Sequence record: AP019521.1
Direction: 5' to 3' (one strand)
Source: Escherichia phage KIT01
DNA length: 64,000 nt
Shown here: piece by piece, positions 17,494-26,441 of the stretch
Position numbering within the stretch: the stretch's first letter is position 1
Layout: each line of letters starts with the position of its first letter
Notes under the pieces: model-generated
Database searches by the model: none
Told to the model about the DNA's origin: nothing
The model's input: only the letters and a program-made list of their open reading frames with translations
Program-made: the position numbers and the translations under genes

Positions 17494-17697
17494 TTATTTT
17501 TCGTTAGAACGATAATCACACTCAAAAACTTTATTGTCATCAACAAAGGCTTTCACCAGCGCATTATTCACTTCTGCATACTGCACTGTAACCCATTCAA
17601 TCATATTTTGGTCACTAACATCTAGAACGGTTTCTTTGGTAAACATATTACCATTTTCAAACCAACCAATAAACACTACTTTCTCTAATTTAGGCAT
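17494..17697 (-). CDS. hypothetical protein, tandem paralog 1
   Basis: 67 aa; KLEKVVFIGWF...VKAFVDDNKVFECD similar to neighbour. Confidence 0.45.
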   Translation of the reverse strand: MPKLEKVVFIGWFENGNMFTKETVLDVSDQNMIEWVTVQYAEVNNALVKAFVDDNKVFECDYRSNEK

Positions 17698-17892
17698 TTA
17701 GATTTCCTTAATACGTGCATCATGTTCATAAACTTCTACGTCATCAACATAGGCCTTGACTAGAATGCCATTGATTTCAGCGAATTGAGTGGCCACCCAC
17801 ACAATATCATTTTCAGGTACTGAAGCTTCTTTGGTAGTGGTATCATCATTATTAAAACAGCATACAAATTCTACCTTAACCAATTTGGACAT
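17698..17892 (-). CDS. hypothetical protein, tandem paralog 2
   Basis: 64 aa; KLVKVEFVCCF...VKAYVDDVEVYEHD. Confidence 0.45.
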   Translation of the reverse strand: MSKLVKVEFVCCFNNDDTTTKEASVPENDIVWVATQFAEINGILVKAYVDDVEVYEHDARIKEI

Positions 17893-18222
17893 TTAGATTT
17901 CCTCACAGAAGGCCCATTCAGCATGATAAACCGTAGCGCCTTTAGTATCATTTAAACAAACCACGTCTACCGGAGCAATTACACGATAAAGACGAGGTTC
18001 TCCTCCCACTGAACGGGCTGCACGTCCAGCATAAATCTTAGCCAAACCGATATCTTCAGTAAAGAACACACGATTCAGGTTTTTCTTACGACCAGTTTCA
18101 GACAGAACTCCTGTCTCCTCAGGAGGACAAAGCATATTACCGATATTAGCAACACTACAACTTCCGTGGTAATACACTTTATATTCTGCTTTACAATCGA
18201 TGGTTTTCATTTTGTTCTCCAA
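17893..18222 (-). CDS. hypothetical protein
   Basis: 109-aa ORF behind early promoter cassette. Confidence 0.45.
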   Translation of the reverse strand: MENKMKTIDCKAEYKVYYHGSCSVANIGNMLCPPEETGVLSETGRKKNLNRVFFTEDIGLAKIYAGRAARSVGGEPRLYRVIAPVDVVCLNDTKGATVYHAEWAFCEEI

Positions 18223-18263
18223 GTTGATAAGTCTATAGTATCATGCCTATAGGGGATGTAAAC
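18223..18263 (-). promoter_or_regulatory. early promoter cassette
   Basis: gttgataagtctatagtatca core; gtaaac 18258-18263; 17-nt spacer. Confidence 0.55.
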
Positions 18264-18271
18264 CCTTAAAA

Positions 18272-18297
18272 TCAAAAAAGGAGCCGAAGCTCCTTAA
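18272..18297 (-). terminator. intrinsic terminator after gene 41
   Basis: minus GGAGC-UUCG-GCUCC followed by UUUUUU; overlaps stop codon. Confidence 0.6.
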
Positions 18298-19733
18298 AAT
18301 TTGATAGATGCTGCTAAATCGTCCAAATCACTTCTATTAACACGCGTCTGTCGATTGACCTCGGCTTGGCGATTCATCTCACCTGTAGCCTCACGAACGG
18401 TGTTCACTGGGCCAGGGTTGGAATCGTCTTCAACTTCATACCAACGTTGATTTCCTTTCTTAACGCCAATCTTAAATTTGTTGTAGTAGCTCTTATCGCC
18501 ATAACGAGATTTAAGCTGCTTAACCATCTGCATACCCATCTGAGCAAACTCTTCTGTCTCGACCACACCTAACATGAAGTCTGCAGTATGCGCAATACCA
18601 AAGGATTCAGCAATATCAGCCATATCGATTTCTGCCGCAACGTTCGCGCCACGAGTAGTCTGGGCTGCCGTCCACAACAATAATTTCTTCTCTACTGCCA
18701 GTCCACGTAGTTCTTCGGCAACCATCTTAATCAATCCGTAACTGTTTTCAGAGAAAACTTTAGTACGAGACGATGCACAGATGGCCAAGTAGTCGACGAT
18801 AACAACCTGTGGGACAAAGTTTTGTTTGAGCTTGTATTCGTTTAATAATGCTCGAAACGTATCGGCATTAGCACCACCGGTAGGATACTGTTTAATCTTT
18901 AAACGACCTAAGGTAGCAGTTGAACGCCATTTATCCATCTTAGCTTTATATTCAGGCCACGAGACATGACCATCATCGATATCATCCAGTGACACGTCCA
19001 GAAGGTTGGCATCGATACGCTTAGCACATACTTCCTCTGCCATCTCCATGGAAATATAAAGAACATCGTATCCGGATTGAAGGTAATCAGCAGCCAATGA
19101 ACACAGTCCAAGAGACTTACCTACGTTTGTTCCTGCTAACAATACGTTTTCAGTACCAAACTCGGCACCGCCCTTGGTAATCTTATTCAGAATATTAAGA
19201 CGGAATGGAACCTTACGTGCTTTATCGGAATAACTTTTGAATCGTTCTTCATAGTCATCCATCCAGTCATGACCTAATTCAGAATCGAAACAAATCGATA
19301 ATGCATCACGCATGATATCTGGAATAGCACCAATACCTGGAAGTTTTCTATTTTGTTGCTCAACCGGAAGGTCGGCATTAGTTTGGATTTCAATGATTTT
19401 TGAAGTTGCATTATACATCGCTGCTTTCTGAACGTATTTCTCCGTCTCTTTAACCAACCATTCTTGGTCTTCAGGTCCGGCATTCAGTGAACTTAAAAGC
19501 TCTTTAGCGCCTTGGTGTTCAACTTCTGAAAGCGTACTGTTATCTAATGCAATGCTTAATGCGTTCTTAGAAGGCACTGCATTATATTCATTGACGTGTT
19601 TTTTAATTTCTTTGAAAAGGGTCTTTGCAGGACCCTGGTCAAAATATGAATCATTCATATAAGGCCAGACCTTAGTGAAATAATCACTATTGCCTAGCAG
19701 TTGAGCCAAAATAGTTTCTACCACTTCCACCAC
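18294..19733 (-). CDS. 41: replicative DNA helicase (DnaB-like)
   Basis: 479 aa; Walker A GTNVGKSLG, near-collinear with T4 gp41. Confidence 0.9.
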   Translation of the reverse strand: MVEVVETILAQLLGNSDYFTKVWPYMNDSYFDQGPAKTLFKEIKKHVNEYNAVPSKNALSIALDNSTLSEVEHQGAKELLSSLNAGPEDQEWLVKETEKYVQKAAMYNATSKIIEIQTNADLPVEQQNRKLPGIGAIPDIMRDALSICFDSELGHDWMDDYEERFKSYSDKARKVPFRLNILNKITKGGAEFGTENVLLAGTNVGKSLGLCSLAADYLQSGYDVLYISMEMAEEVCAKRIDANLLDVSLDDIDDGHVSWPEYKAKMDKWRSTATLGRLKIKQYPTGGANADTFRALLNEYKLKQNFVPQVVIVDYLAICASSRTKVFSENSYGLIKMVAEELRGLAVEKKLLLWTAAQTTRGANVAAEIDMADIAESFGIAHTADFMLGVVETEEFAQMGMQMVKQLKSRYGDKSYYNKFKIGVKKGNQRWYEVEDDSNPGPVNTVREATGEMNRQAEVNRQTRVNRSDLDDLAASIKF

Positions 19734-20047
19734 CTCTTAGATTTAATTTTATCCAGTTCTTCTTGTATTTGCATTGTAACACATTTTTCTACATGAAGCG
19801 CTAGCTCTTCTTTTCGGTCTTCGGAAGGTGTTCCGAAATCAACCGACACTTTTCCATCTTTCTCAATAACAATATTCATCACATAAACGATGTGAGCAGT
19901 GCCATCGGGTAAAGTAAGCATAATTTCCTGCTTAACAGAACCCATTGACTTACGGATTATATCTAATGATTTCTCATAATAACGAGGGTCACTAGGACCC
20001 TCTTCGGTATCTTTAACAAAATTATCTAAATCAGATAAATCAGTCAT
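19718..20047 (-). CDS. hypothetical protein at gene 40 position
   Basis: 109 aa between 41 and uvsX; assignment by synteny only. Confidence 0.4.
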   Translation of the reverse strand: MTDLSDLDNFVKDTEEGPSDPRYYEKSLDIIRKSMGSVKQEIMLTLPDGTAHIVYVMNIVIEKDGKVSVDFGTPSEDRKEELALHVEKCVTMQIQEELDKIKSKRWWKW

Positions 20048-21212
20048 CTAAATCCATCTCTTCTAAATCGTTTTCGATATCAGCGGCGCTTTGGGTATTT
20101 CCACCTAATTTAACAGCAACGTTCTTAGAGACACGAGAGTTAATAAGGTCGTTCACTGCATCGTCAACTTCTTTAATAGAATTAATTGCACCGAGCTTAT
20201 ACTTATTCTCGATTGCTTCACGGAACGGAGCATGTTTAAACAGCGGTCCCCAGAACTCAACACAATCGGTAGCTTTAGCACGCCATGCTTTTTCTTCTTG
20301 AACCATTTCACCTGTGGTTTCGTCAAGGAATGCACGATTATACCAGCCAGCTTTAGGTTTCACGACAAAGCCAATATCAGTAGCCATTTCAAGCAATCCG
20401 CTGAATGGGTCGATACCACCTTCGAAGTTAACAGTGATAGGGAACGTTGATTTCTCTTTAACCGTACGAGATTTCTCAGCCTTCAGTGTGAAGTCATAAC
20501 CAGTGAGCTCAGTACCATCTTTAACCTGACGTTTAGAGATAAAGAACACGGTAGAAGCAGAGTACAGAATACCAGTACCACCACCCATAATCTCTTTAGG
20601 ATACATTCCACCAATTTCCATAGCCGTGTGGTTAATTGCTACACAAGGGATATCTTTGATGGTCAGATAAGGTGTTACGATACGGAACAGAGATTTCAGT
20701 GACTTAGCACGAGTCATATCACCTACAACTTTCTCGTTCAAAGCATCTTCGGTTTCTTTCTTAGAAGCAGTGTTACCGATGGAGTCGATAAAGATAATAA
20801 CCTTTTCGCCACGAGTAATTTCTTCTAACTGGTTGGTCATATCAACTTTAAGCTGTTCGACTGACTGGATTGGGGTATGAACCACACGTTCCAAATCAAC
20901 ACCCATCGAACGGAAATAAGATTCTGAAGCACCAAACTCAGAGTCATAGAACAAACAAATTGCGTCTGGATATTTCTTCATATATGCCGCAACCATGGTA
21001 AGTCCAAACAACGTTTTAAAGTGTTTAGATGGAGCAGCAAAGATTGTCAAACCTGATTGTAAGCCTGCATTCAACGCACCACCTAATGCAATATTCAGCA
21101 TAGGGATACGAGTAGGAACTTCGTCACGACCATTAAACAATTTAGATTTGGTCAGGTCGGCAGTCATTTTAGAAGTAGAAGCTTTAATCAAACGGGATTT
21201 TAAATCAGACAT
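20040..21212 (-). CDS. uvsX: UvsX recombinase (RecA-like)
   Basis: 390 aa; MSDLKSRLIKASTSK...FYDSEFG... very close to T4 UvsX. Confidence 0.95.
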   Translation of the reverse strand: MSDLKSRLIKASTSKMTADLTKSKLFNGRDEVPTRIPMLNIALGGALNAGLQSGLTIFAAPSKHFKTLFGLTMVAAYMKKYPDAICLFYDSEFGASESYFRSMGVDLERVVHTPIQSVEQLKVDMTNQLEEITRGEKVIIFIDSIGNTASKKETEDALNEKVVGDMTRAKSLKSLFRIVTPYLTIKDIPCVAINHTAMEIGGMYPKEIMGGGTGILYSASTVFFISKRQVKDGTELTGYDFTLKAEKSRTVKEKSTFPITVNFEGGIDPFSGLLEMATDIGFVVKPKAGWYNRAFLDETTGEMVQEEKAWRAKATDCVEFWGPLFKHAPFREAIENKYKLGAINSIKEVDDAVNDLINSRVSKNVAVKLGGNTQSAADIENDLEEMDLDD

Positions 21213-21289
21213 TATATTTTTCCATAGGCATCATTATATTTTACTCACGTTTTAAGATAGGGTAATTATATCACTTCATATTTACAGCG

Positions 21290-22183
21290 TTAAAGGACCA
21301 CGTCCTCATAACTTGGCATTTCGTGCTCAGAATGGATATGGGCACCGAAATAAATGAATTCAGCTAGACCAGGATGGAATACTAAACCAGGATTCTCATG
21401 ATAAATGATATGAGGTCTTGATTTCAGAATCTGATAATATTCAACCTTACTCGGTTTGAATTTAATAATCTCTACATCAGGACGATAGTCTTCACGCTTA
21501 AATGAATCATTCGGATCGGTGATATAAAGGCGAGAACCTCCAGCCGCAGCTTGGTCTACAACTCTTTCGAATTGATAGCATTTATCAGAGATACGGAATG
21601 GATGGAAAATACCATCAATTTTAATAGGCGCTAGACCTTCAGAGTAACGCTCAATTACTGCCGGATTAATTACCTTTTGGTCTACAAAAATCTTATCAGA
21701 GGACGCACCTCGTGACACCAGGACGTCTTTCTGGCATTGATTCAAGACTGTAGTATAAATCGAACGTTCAACTGAAGACACGTCGATATCAATGAACTCA
21801 TCGATGTAATAACGAGGAACTTCAGGGTCCATTGTAATGTTAAAGTTGAATTGTACAGTATGAGCACCATCATAACCTGTGATATCGGTTACCAATCCTG
21901 AGCAGTCATAGTATTCGATTAACGAATCAACAACGAACTCATTTTCAGACCAAAAATGTTTACGAGTTTCATAAGCATTTTCTTTATACCAAAGCGGTAC
22001 AAAATTCAGTTCAGGAAACAATTCAATACATTCTTTGATATCGCTCGAATTTCTAGGATAAGCCAGATAATCACCTGGGCAAGCACGGTTTAAATGGAGT
22101 TGAAAATTACCGTCCTTAAGGACGGCATATTCACCTGTTTCGTAACTACGCATACTGAAAATAGGAACGATAAACAAACTCAT
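21290..22183 (-). CDS. unrecognised protein at the beta-glucosyltransferase locus (candidate hmC-modifying transferase)
   Basis: 297 aa; lies between uvsX and gene 42 where T4 has beta-gt; no similarity to T4 beta-gt detected by eye. Confidence 0.55.
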   Translation of the reverse strand: MSLFIVPIFSMRSYETGEYAVLKDGNFQLHLNRACPGDYLAYPRNSSDIKECIELFPELNFVPLWYKENAYETRKHFWSENEFVVDSLIEYYDCSGLVTDITGYDGAHTVQFNFNITMDPEVPRYYIDEFIDIDVSSVERSIYTTVLNQCQKDVLVSRGASSDKIFVDQKVINPAVIERYSEGLAPIKIDGIFHPFRISDKCYQFERVVDQAAAGGSRLYITDPNDSFKREDYRPDVEIIKFKPSKVEYYQILKSRPHIIYHENPGLVFHPGLAEFIYFGAHIHSEHEMPSYEDVVL

Positions 22184-22878
22184 TTCAGGAATCCTCGAAC
22201 GTAGTCAAAATCACGTTCAAATACATGTGCACTAACCATAGTATGGGAATACGTACCCAGACCAACACCACACTGTTCAGCAATAAAGGCCATCAGTTTA
22301 CCCTGCAGATAGAAATCCAGCTGCATAACGATAGCACAGTTCTGTGAACGCATATGGGTATGTGCATAAAGACGTCCATCACGAATATAATATGTTACCG
22401 AATCGGTGCACGGATATTCTAAGGATTCGTCAGAATCAAGGAGGGCTTGGTCTTGTTCTTGGAGAATTTGGAACACAACTCGTCTCGAGTTAGGCTTTTC
22501 TTTAAGCTCTTTAAGTAAGGCTGGGAGTTGGGCCACAATTCGAGGTCCATAGAAAGTGTTGAAGTTTGCAGGCAATACGTCACTTTTCGGCTTATCAATG
22601 AACTTAGCAACATTAGGGTATTCCTTAAATGCTTCGGCGGCATCAGTACCGCCGGAAATCATAAACTTCCAGAAAGATTCGGCATAATCATAGTTGATAC
22701 GATTAATACGAGGGTCGGTGAATTTATAGGTGCTTGCATCCAGTACTTCTACCGAAGCAGAACCAATTTCATAACAACGGCCGATACGAGAATCAACTGC
22801 AAACTGTGGAGCTTCCAGGATTTCTTCGTTCATTTGCTTAAACGCGTTTTCAAAACTAACAGCGGTAATGTGTTTCAT
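22180..22878 (-). CDS. 42: dCMP hydroxymethylase (thymidylate synthase fold)
   Basis: 232 aa; PCTDSVTYYIRDGRL...MRSQN...QLDFY aligns with T4 gp42 CTNTVQYLIRD...MRSND...RNDY; synteny. Confidence 0.8.
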   Translation of the reverse strand: MKHITAVSFENAFKQMNEEILEAPQFAVDSRIGRCYEIGSASVEVLDASTYKFTDPRINRINYDYAESFWKFMISGGTDAAEAFKEYPNVAKFIDKPKSDVLPANFNTFYGPRIVAQLPALLKELKEKPNSRRVVFQILQEQDQALLDSDESLEYPCTDSVTYYIRDGRLYAHTHMRSQNCAIVMQLDFYLQGKLMAFIAEQCGVGLGTYSHTMVSAHVFERDFDYVRGFLK

Positions 22879-23411
22879 TTATTCACCTTATTTTCAATAT
22901 ATTCATTCAGACGTTTTAATTCTACCATATCGACGTTAAGCAAGTTATTATGCCCGTCATGGTTTAAAACTTTAAAAACATTTTTAAAACAGTCTTCATA
23001 TTTTTGGATAGTTAAGTTGAATTCATCTTTAGTCAGTTTAATGAGGTCATCTTCAAAGTCTTTATCCAACGGATTACGGGTTAAAATAATCTCAATGATA
23101 TTGAATTCTTTTTTGAAATCAATCCAATCTGCTAGTTCTACATAAGGGTCCATTTCACCACGAAGGAATCCCGAGTAAACAATATTACTAGGATACCCAC
23201 GGTCTAAGATGTAGACAAAATTAGGGTCTAAAAACTTATACAACGTCTCGACTAAAGCCTTGTCATTATCAGTCCCTAATGAAATGCATTTGCCATTAAT
23301 CTTTTTAGGGAAATCAATAAGACGATATTTCTTATCAGATAAAAGTGATTCAATTAAAGTAGACTTCCCGGAATTATCCGGGCCGTCGATAACAATGATT
23401 TTTGGTTTCAC
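22875..23411 (-). CDS. P-loop nucleoside/nucleotide kinase-like protein
   Basis: 178 aa; Walker A IIVIDGPDNSGKSTL at N-terminus; small kinase fold typical of dNK/TMK-like enzymes. Confidence 0.6.
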   Translation of the reverse strand: MKPKIIVIDGPDNSGKSTLIESLLSDKKYRLIDFPKKINGKCISLGTDNDKALVETLYKFLDPNFVYILDRGYPSNIVYSGFLRGEMDPYVELADWIDFKKEFNIIEIILTRNPLDKDFEDDLIKLTKDEFNLTIQKYEDCFKNVFKVLNHDGHNNLLNVDMVELKRLNEYIENKVNK

Positions 23412-23782
23412 GGATGATATGCCTTATAGGTTTCAAGAGTTCCTTCACGAACCATTTCTTTAAAGTGGTCAGGACGGATTGCTCGGTCATCGATGATAAA
23501 AGTATAACTCGGCTTATGTGTAAGCAGATTATGATATTTCAATCCGATCTTTTCAAGGTTCTTAACCAATGCAGGAACTACTTCAACCAAGATTCGACCA
23601 GGGCCGCATGAAGTCATGCCACGGGCAGTGAACAAGGTAATCTCATGACCTTCGTCATAAAGCTTATTAATCATGGACACCATTTCGGTGTCCGGTTTAA
23701 AGTTTTCGTAATCACGGTCATCTTGCCAGTGAGTAATGGTATTATCGATATCAAAACACAGATGCATTAAATTTTCTTCCAT
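23408..23782 (-). CDS. HAD-superfamily phosphatase-like protein
   Basis: 124 aa; motif I FDIDNTI (DxDxT), later TAR and IIDD motifs; alternative start at 23767. Confidence 0.55.
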   Translation of the reverse strand: MEENLMHLCFDIDNTITHWQDDRDYENFKPDTEMVSMINKLYDEGHEITLFTARGMTSCGPGRILVEVVPALVKNLEKIGLKYHNLLTHKPSYTFIIDDRAIRPDHFKEMVREGTLETYKAYHP

Positions 23783-25440
23783 TGTTTGTGGAGTTCAGTA
23801 GAACCTGTAGGTTTATATTTTACACCAGTTTCCTGGTCAAGCAAAACCCACTTATCAGGGCAACGAGTGATAATTTGAGCCGTAATAGGGTCACGAACTT
23901 CATCGACAAATTCACCTGTAATAAGCTTACGCTTACGAGGATGCCGCTTCAGCAGCACACTCAGTTGGTATAGACCGTTGTAATAAGCACCCAGAGCTTT
24001 CAGAGGATTATTCTTAAAGTAACCTGCCAGTGCCATCCAAATAACGGCAATCCAGAGCTTGTGCTTAAATGTACACATCGGAATATCATCTAAAGGCATA
24101 ACCTTTTCAATATCAACGAATACACGAGTTCCGTTACGAGTTAATCCACCCCATAGAGGGTCAGAGTTAAATTTGTCATAGCCATCGATAGAATAAAGCA
24201 CCTTAGCTTCGTCATAAATCGCAGGGCCTTTAGAACTATTACCAAAATAACCACGTGGGTCGATGATTTTAATATCACCTTCGTCCGACAGCATAATATT
24301 ACTGTAGTGCGGGTCACCATGAATAAGTTGGTATGGTTCTTTATGTTCAGACAGAATTTCTAGTGCATGACGGAGAAGTTTTTCAGGGTCGCCTACCTTG
24401 AAGTCGTTAACATGGGTAATGCCCTGTGGAGCAAAGCCTTCAATCAATCCAGCAATAGAAGCATTACGAATAAGGACCTTGTCCAATACTTCTTTCTTAA
24501 CATCAGAATACCATTGCTCATCGGATGGGTTATCGATAGTTCCGCCGAATGAACGCAATGCACTAATGACCTTATAAACCATGAGGACTTTGGTTTCTTT
24601 AGACATAAACCGGTAGGCATCTGCCATGGTACGACCAAAGATACGTTCCATTTTAATGAATTCGCCTGGAGCAAAGTCTACAATGCTAGGAACGAATTCA
24701 GAATCAATAGAATTATACCAATTGATTTCTTTAGATTGGATTTCTTTACCTAATTCGTTGGTAGGTACTTTAATAGCCAGATTCTCAGTGAATTCTAATT
24801 TATTAAATTCACGGTTAATTTCAGAATCTTCATGGGCCTTAGCCAGTTTCAATTTGTCACCGACATCAACCACAAAGTCCAGCTTACGTTCAGTCAAATG
24901 GACCATCGAATCCAGGTTGTCTGCAAGGTCTTCGCCATAATTAGAACGGTCGAAACCTGTCCAATTAGCCACCTGATACAAACCAACCACACCACCGCCA
25001 GTACCAATTTCACGCAAGTACGGTTCTTCAAATGTAAAACGACAGTCGGTCCCATAGGTATAACAGTAGTCGTTATCCCACTCAACTTTATGACCTTCAG
25101 GAATAATATCACACCAGTTAAACAAGACATTATGCCCGATGATATCTTCGGCAATGCAATCGATAGCATGAGCTGAACCATTGGCCACATCTACGTTACG
25201 GATAGTGAATTTAGGCTTATCACTGGTAATCATGTTAATGGATTTAATATAGCCTTTAACGAGGTCGTTAAATTTGCTGTGAATAACCAGAATAATTTCA
25301 TCTGATTGGTTACTATACAAATCATACAAATGTTTTAATACGGTATGTTGTTTGTAGTTAACCAATACCTTCGGGATTTCGTTAGTAATTGGATACAACC
25401 GTGAGCCAAGACCCGCGCCTAAAATAACAACCTTTTTCAT
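23767..25440 (-). CDS. bifunctional sugar-1-phosphate nucleotidyltransferase / APH-choline-kinase-like sugar kinase
   Basis: start set at MKKVV after GAGGAA SD; N-terminus VVILGAGLGSRLYPIT..IPKVLV = RmlA/GlmU signature; C-terminal HGDPHYSNIML...IIDPRGYFG = Brenner kinase motif. Confidence 0.7.
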   Translation of the reverse strand: MKKVVILGAGLGSRLYPITNEIPKVLVNYKQHTVLKHLYDLYSNQSDEIILVIHSKFNDLVKGYIKSINMITSDKPKFTIRNVDVANGSAHAIDCIAEDIIGHNVLFNWCDIIPEGHKVEWDNDYCYTYGTDCRFTFEEPYLREIGTGGGVVGLYQVANWTGFDRSNYGEDLADNLDSMVHLTERKLDFVVDVGDKLKLAKAHEDSEINREFNKLEFTENLAIKVPTNELGKEIQSKEINWYNSIDSEFVPSIVDFAPGEFIKMERIFGRTMADAYRFMSKETKVLMVYKVISALRSFGGTIDNPSDEQWYSDVKKEVLDKVLIRNASIAGLIEGFAPQGITHVNDFKVGDPEKLLRHALEILSEHKEPYQLIHGDPHYSNIMLSDEGDIKIIDPRGYFGNSSKGPAIYDEAKVLYSIDGYDKFNSDPLWGGLTRNGTRVFVDIEKVMPLDDIPMCTFKHKLWIAVIWMALAGYFKNNPLKALGAYYNGLYQLSVLLKRHPRKRKLITGEFVDEVRDPITAQIITRCPDKWVLLDQETGVKYKPTGSTELHKQWKKI

Positions 25441-25500
25441 TATCTGTTCCTCAAGTGAATGTAGGTACATTATACACTATTTTTAATAAATTGGTATTGC

Positions 25501-26001
25501 TTAAATCTTATCTTTACCGATTTCAATACACTGTTCTATTGCCGCCGGTACTTTGGTCTTGAGCTTATCGATTTGTTTCTTATAATCACGAGCTTTACCG
25601 AAGCTCTCGGTTTCGAGCATTTCGTAATAACGAGCCTCATGGATAGAAATCTGTAGATTGATATGGTTTACACACATCGCATACAGTTTCTGCTTTTTGT
25701 ACAAATCATCTTGGCGCTTCATTTCTGCCTGGTGTTTGGCTAGTACCGCTTCACGCTTGGACTCTTGTTCACGTTGGAATTCGATTTCCCTTTGAGCATA
25801 TTTTGCACAGTTATTACCGCATTGATTATTAGCTCGGGTATACACAAGTCCAGAACCAGCACGGAATTTCATTTCGCCATCGAATTGTTTCTGTTCAGCT
25901 GCGATACGAGCTTTACCAACTTCATCGGTCGAAACTGCATCACCATATTGGACCGCGCAACCTGATAGGAGCATACTCATTGCGATAATTAACTTTTTCA
26001 T
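25501..26001 (-). CDS. predicted lipoprotein
   Basis: 166 aa; signal peptide with lipobox LSGC; charged coiled region. Confidence 0.5.
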   Translation of the reverse strand: MKKLIIAMSMLLSGCAVQYGDAVSTDEVGKARIAAEQKQFDGEMKFRAGSGLVYTRANNQCGNNCAKYAQREIEFQREQESKREAVLAKHQAEMKRQDDLYKKQKLYAMCVNHINLQISIHEARYYEMLETESFGKARDYKKQIDKLKTKVPAAIEQCIEIGKDKI

Positions 26002-26008
26002 AATATCC

Positions 26009-26146
26009 TCAATTAAAACAGTTATACTTAATTTGTGCTATAAGAATAATCCATCCAATGATGAGTGTCGGAATCATTGGCGGAATTGCCACTGCCCAAT
26101 AAATGGTAAAGGCAGTCATTATAAGAAATAAAATAATTATTTTCAT
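26009..26146 (-). CDS. small hydrophobic protein (45 aa)
   Basis: read manually: MKIIILFLIMTAFTIYWAV...; ATGA overlap with stop of upstream gene. Confidence 0.3.
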   Translation of the reverse strand: MKIIILFLIMTAFTIYWAVAIPPMIPTLIIGWIILIAQIKYNCFN

Positions 26147-26379
26147 TGTTTAACAATAATGATTTGTGCGTTTGATTTACGTTCAGCGACGATAGCCCAG
26201 ATTAAAGCCACTACCCAACCAATCATCGTCCAGCCTAACAGAAGATTAAGGAAGAAAATTCCGACATTACTACGAGTGCCTCGCAGAAGAGCCAGAATCC
26301 ATGGTAAAAAGTAACCGATGAACATAATAGCCAGAGAACCAAATCCTAAAACACCAGCACTAACGATTAAAGCTTCCAT
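26143..26379 (-). CDS. imm: superinfection immunity protein Imm-like membrane protein
   Basis: 78 aa, two hydrophobic helices, LLGWTMIGWVVALIWA motif; position between 42 and 43. Confidence 0.55.
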   Translation of the reverse strand: MEALIVSAGVLGFGSLAIMFIGYFLPWILALLRGTRSNVGIFFLNLLLGWTMIGWVVALIWAIVAERKSNAQIIIVKQ

Positions 26380-26394
26380 TGTAATTTCCTCATG

Positions 26395-26439
26395 TAGTTG
26401 ATAGGAAGGATACTACCACGTTCCATGTGGTATGTAAAC
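26395..26439 (-). promoter_or_regulatory. early promoter cassette upstream of imm
   Basis: gtaaac 26434-26439; gttgatagg core. Confidence 0.5.
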
Positions 26440-26441
26440 AC

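Noticed and set aside
22528-23145. 205-aa plus-strand ORF overlapping gene 42 and the P-loop kinase gene
   Set aside because: Antisense to two coupled minus-strand genes with recognisable motifs; no SD; composition typical of a shadow frame.
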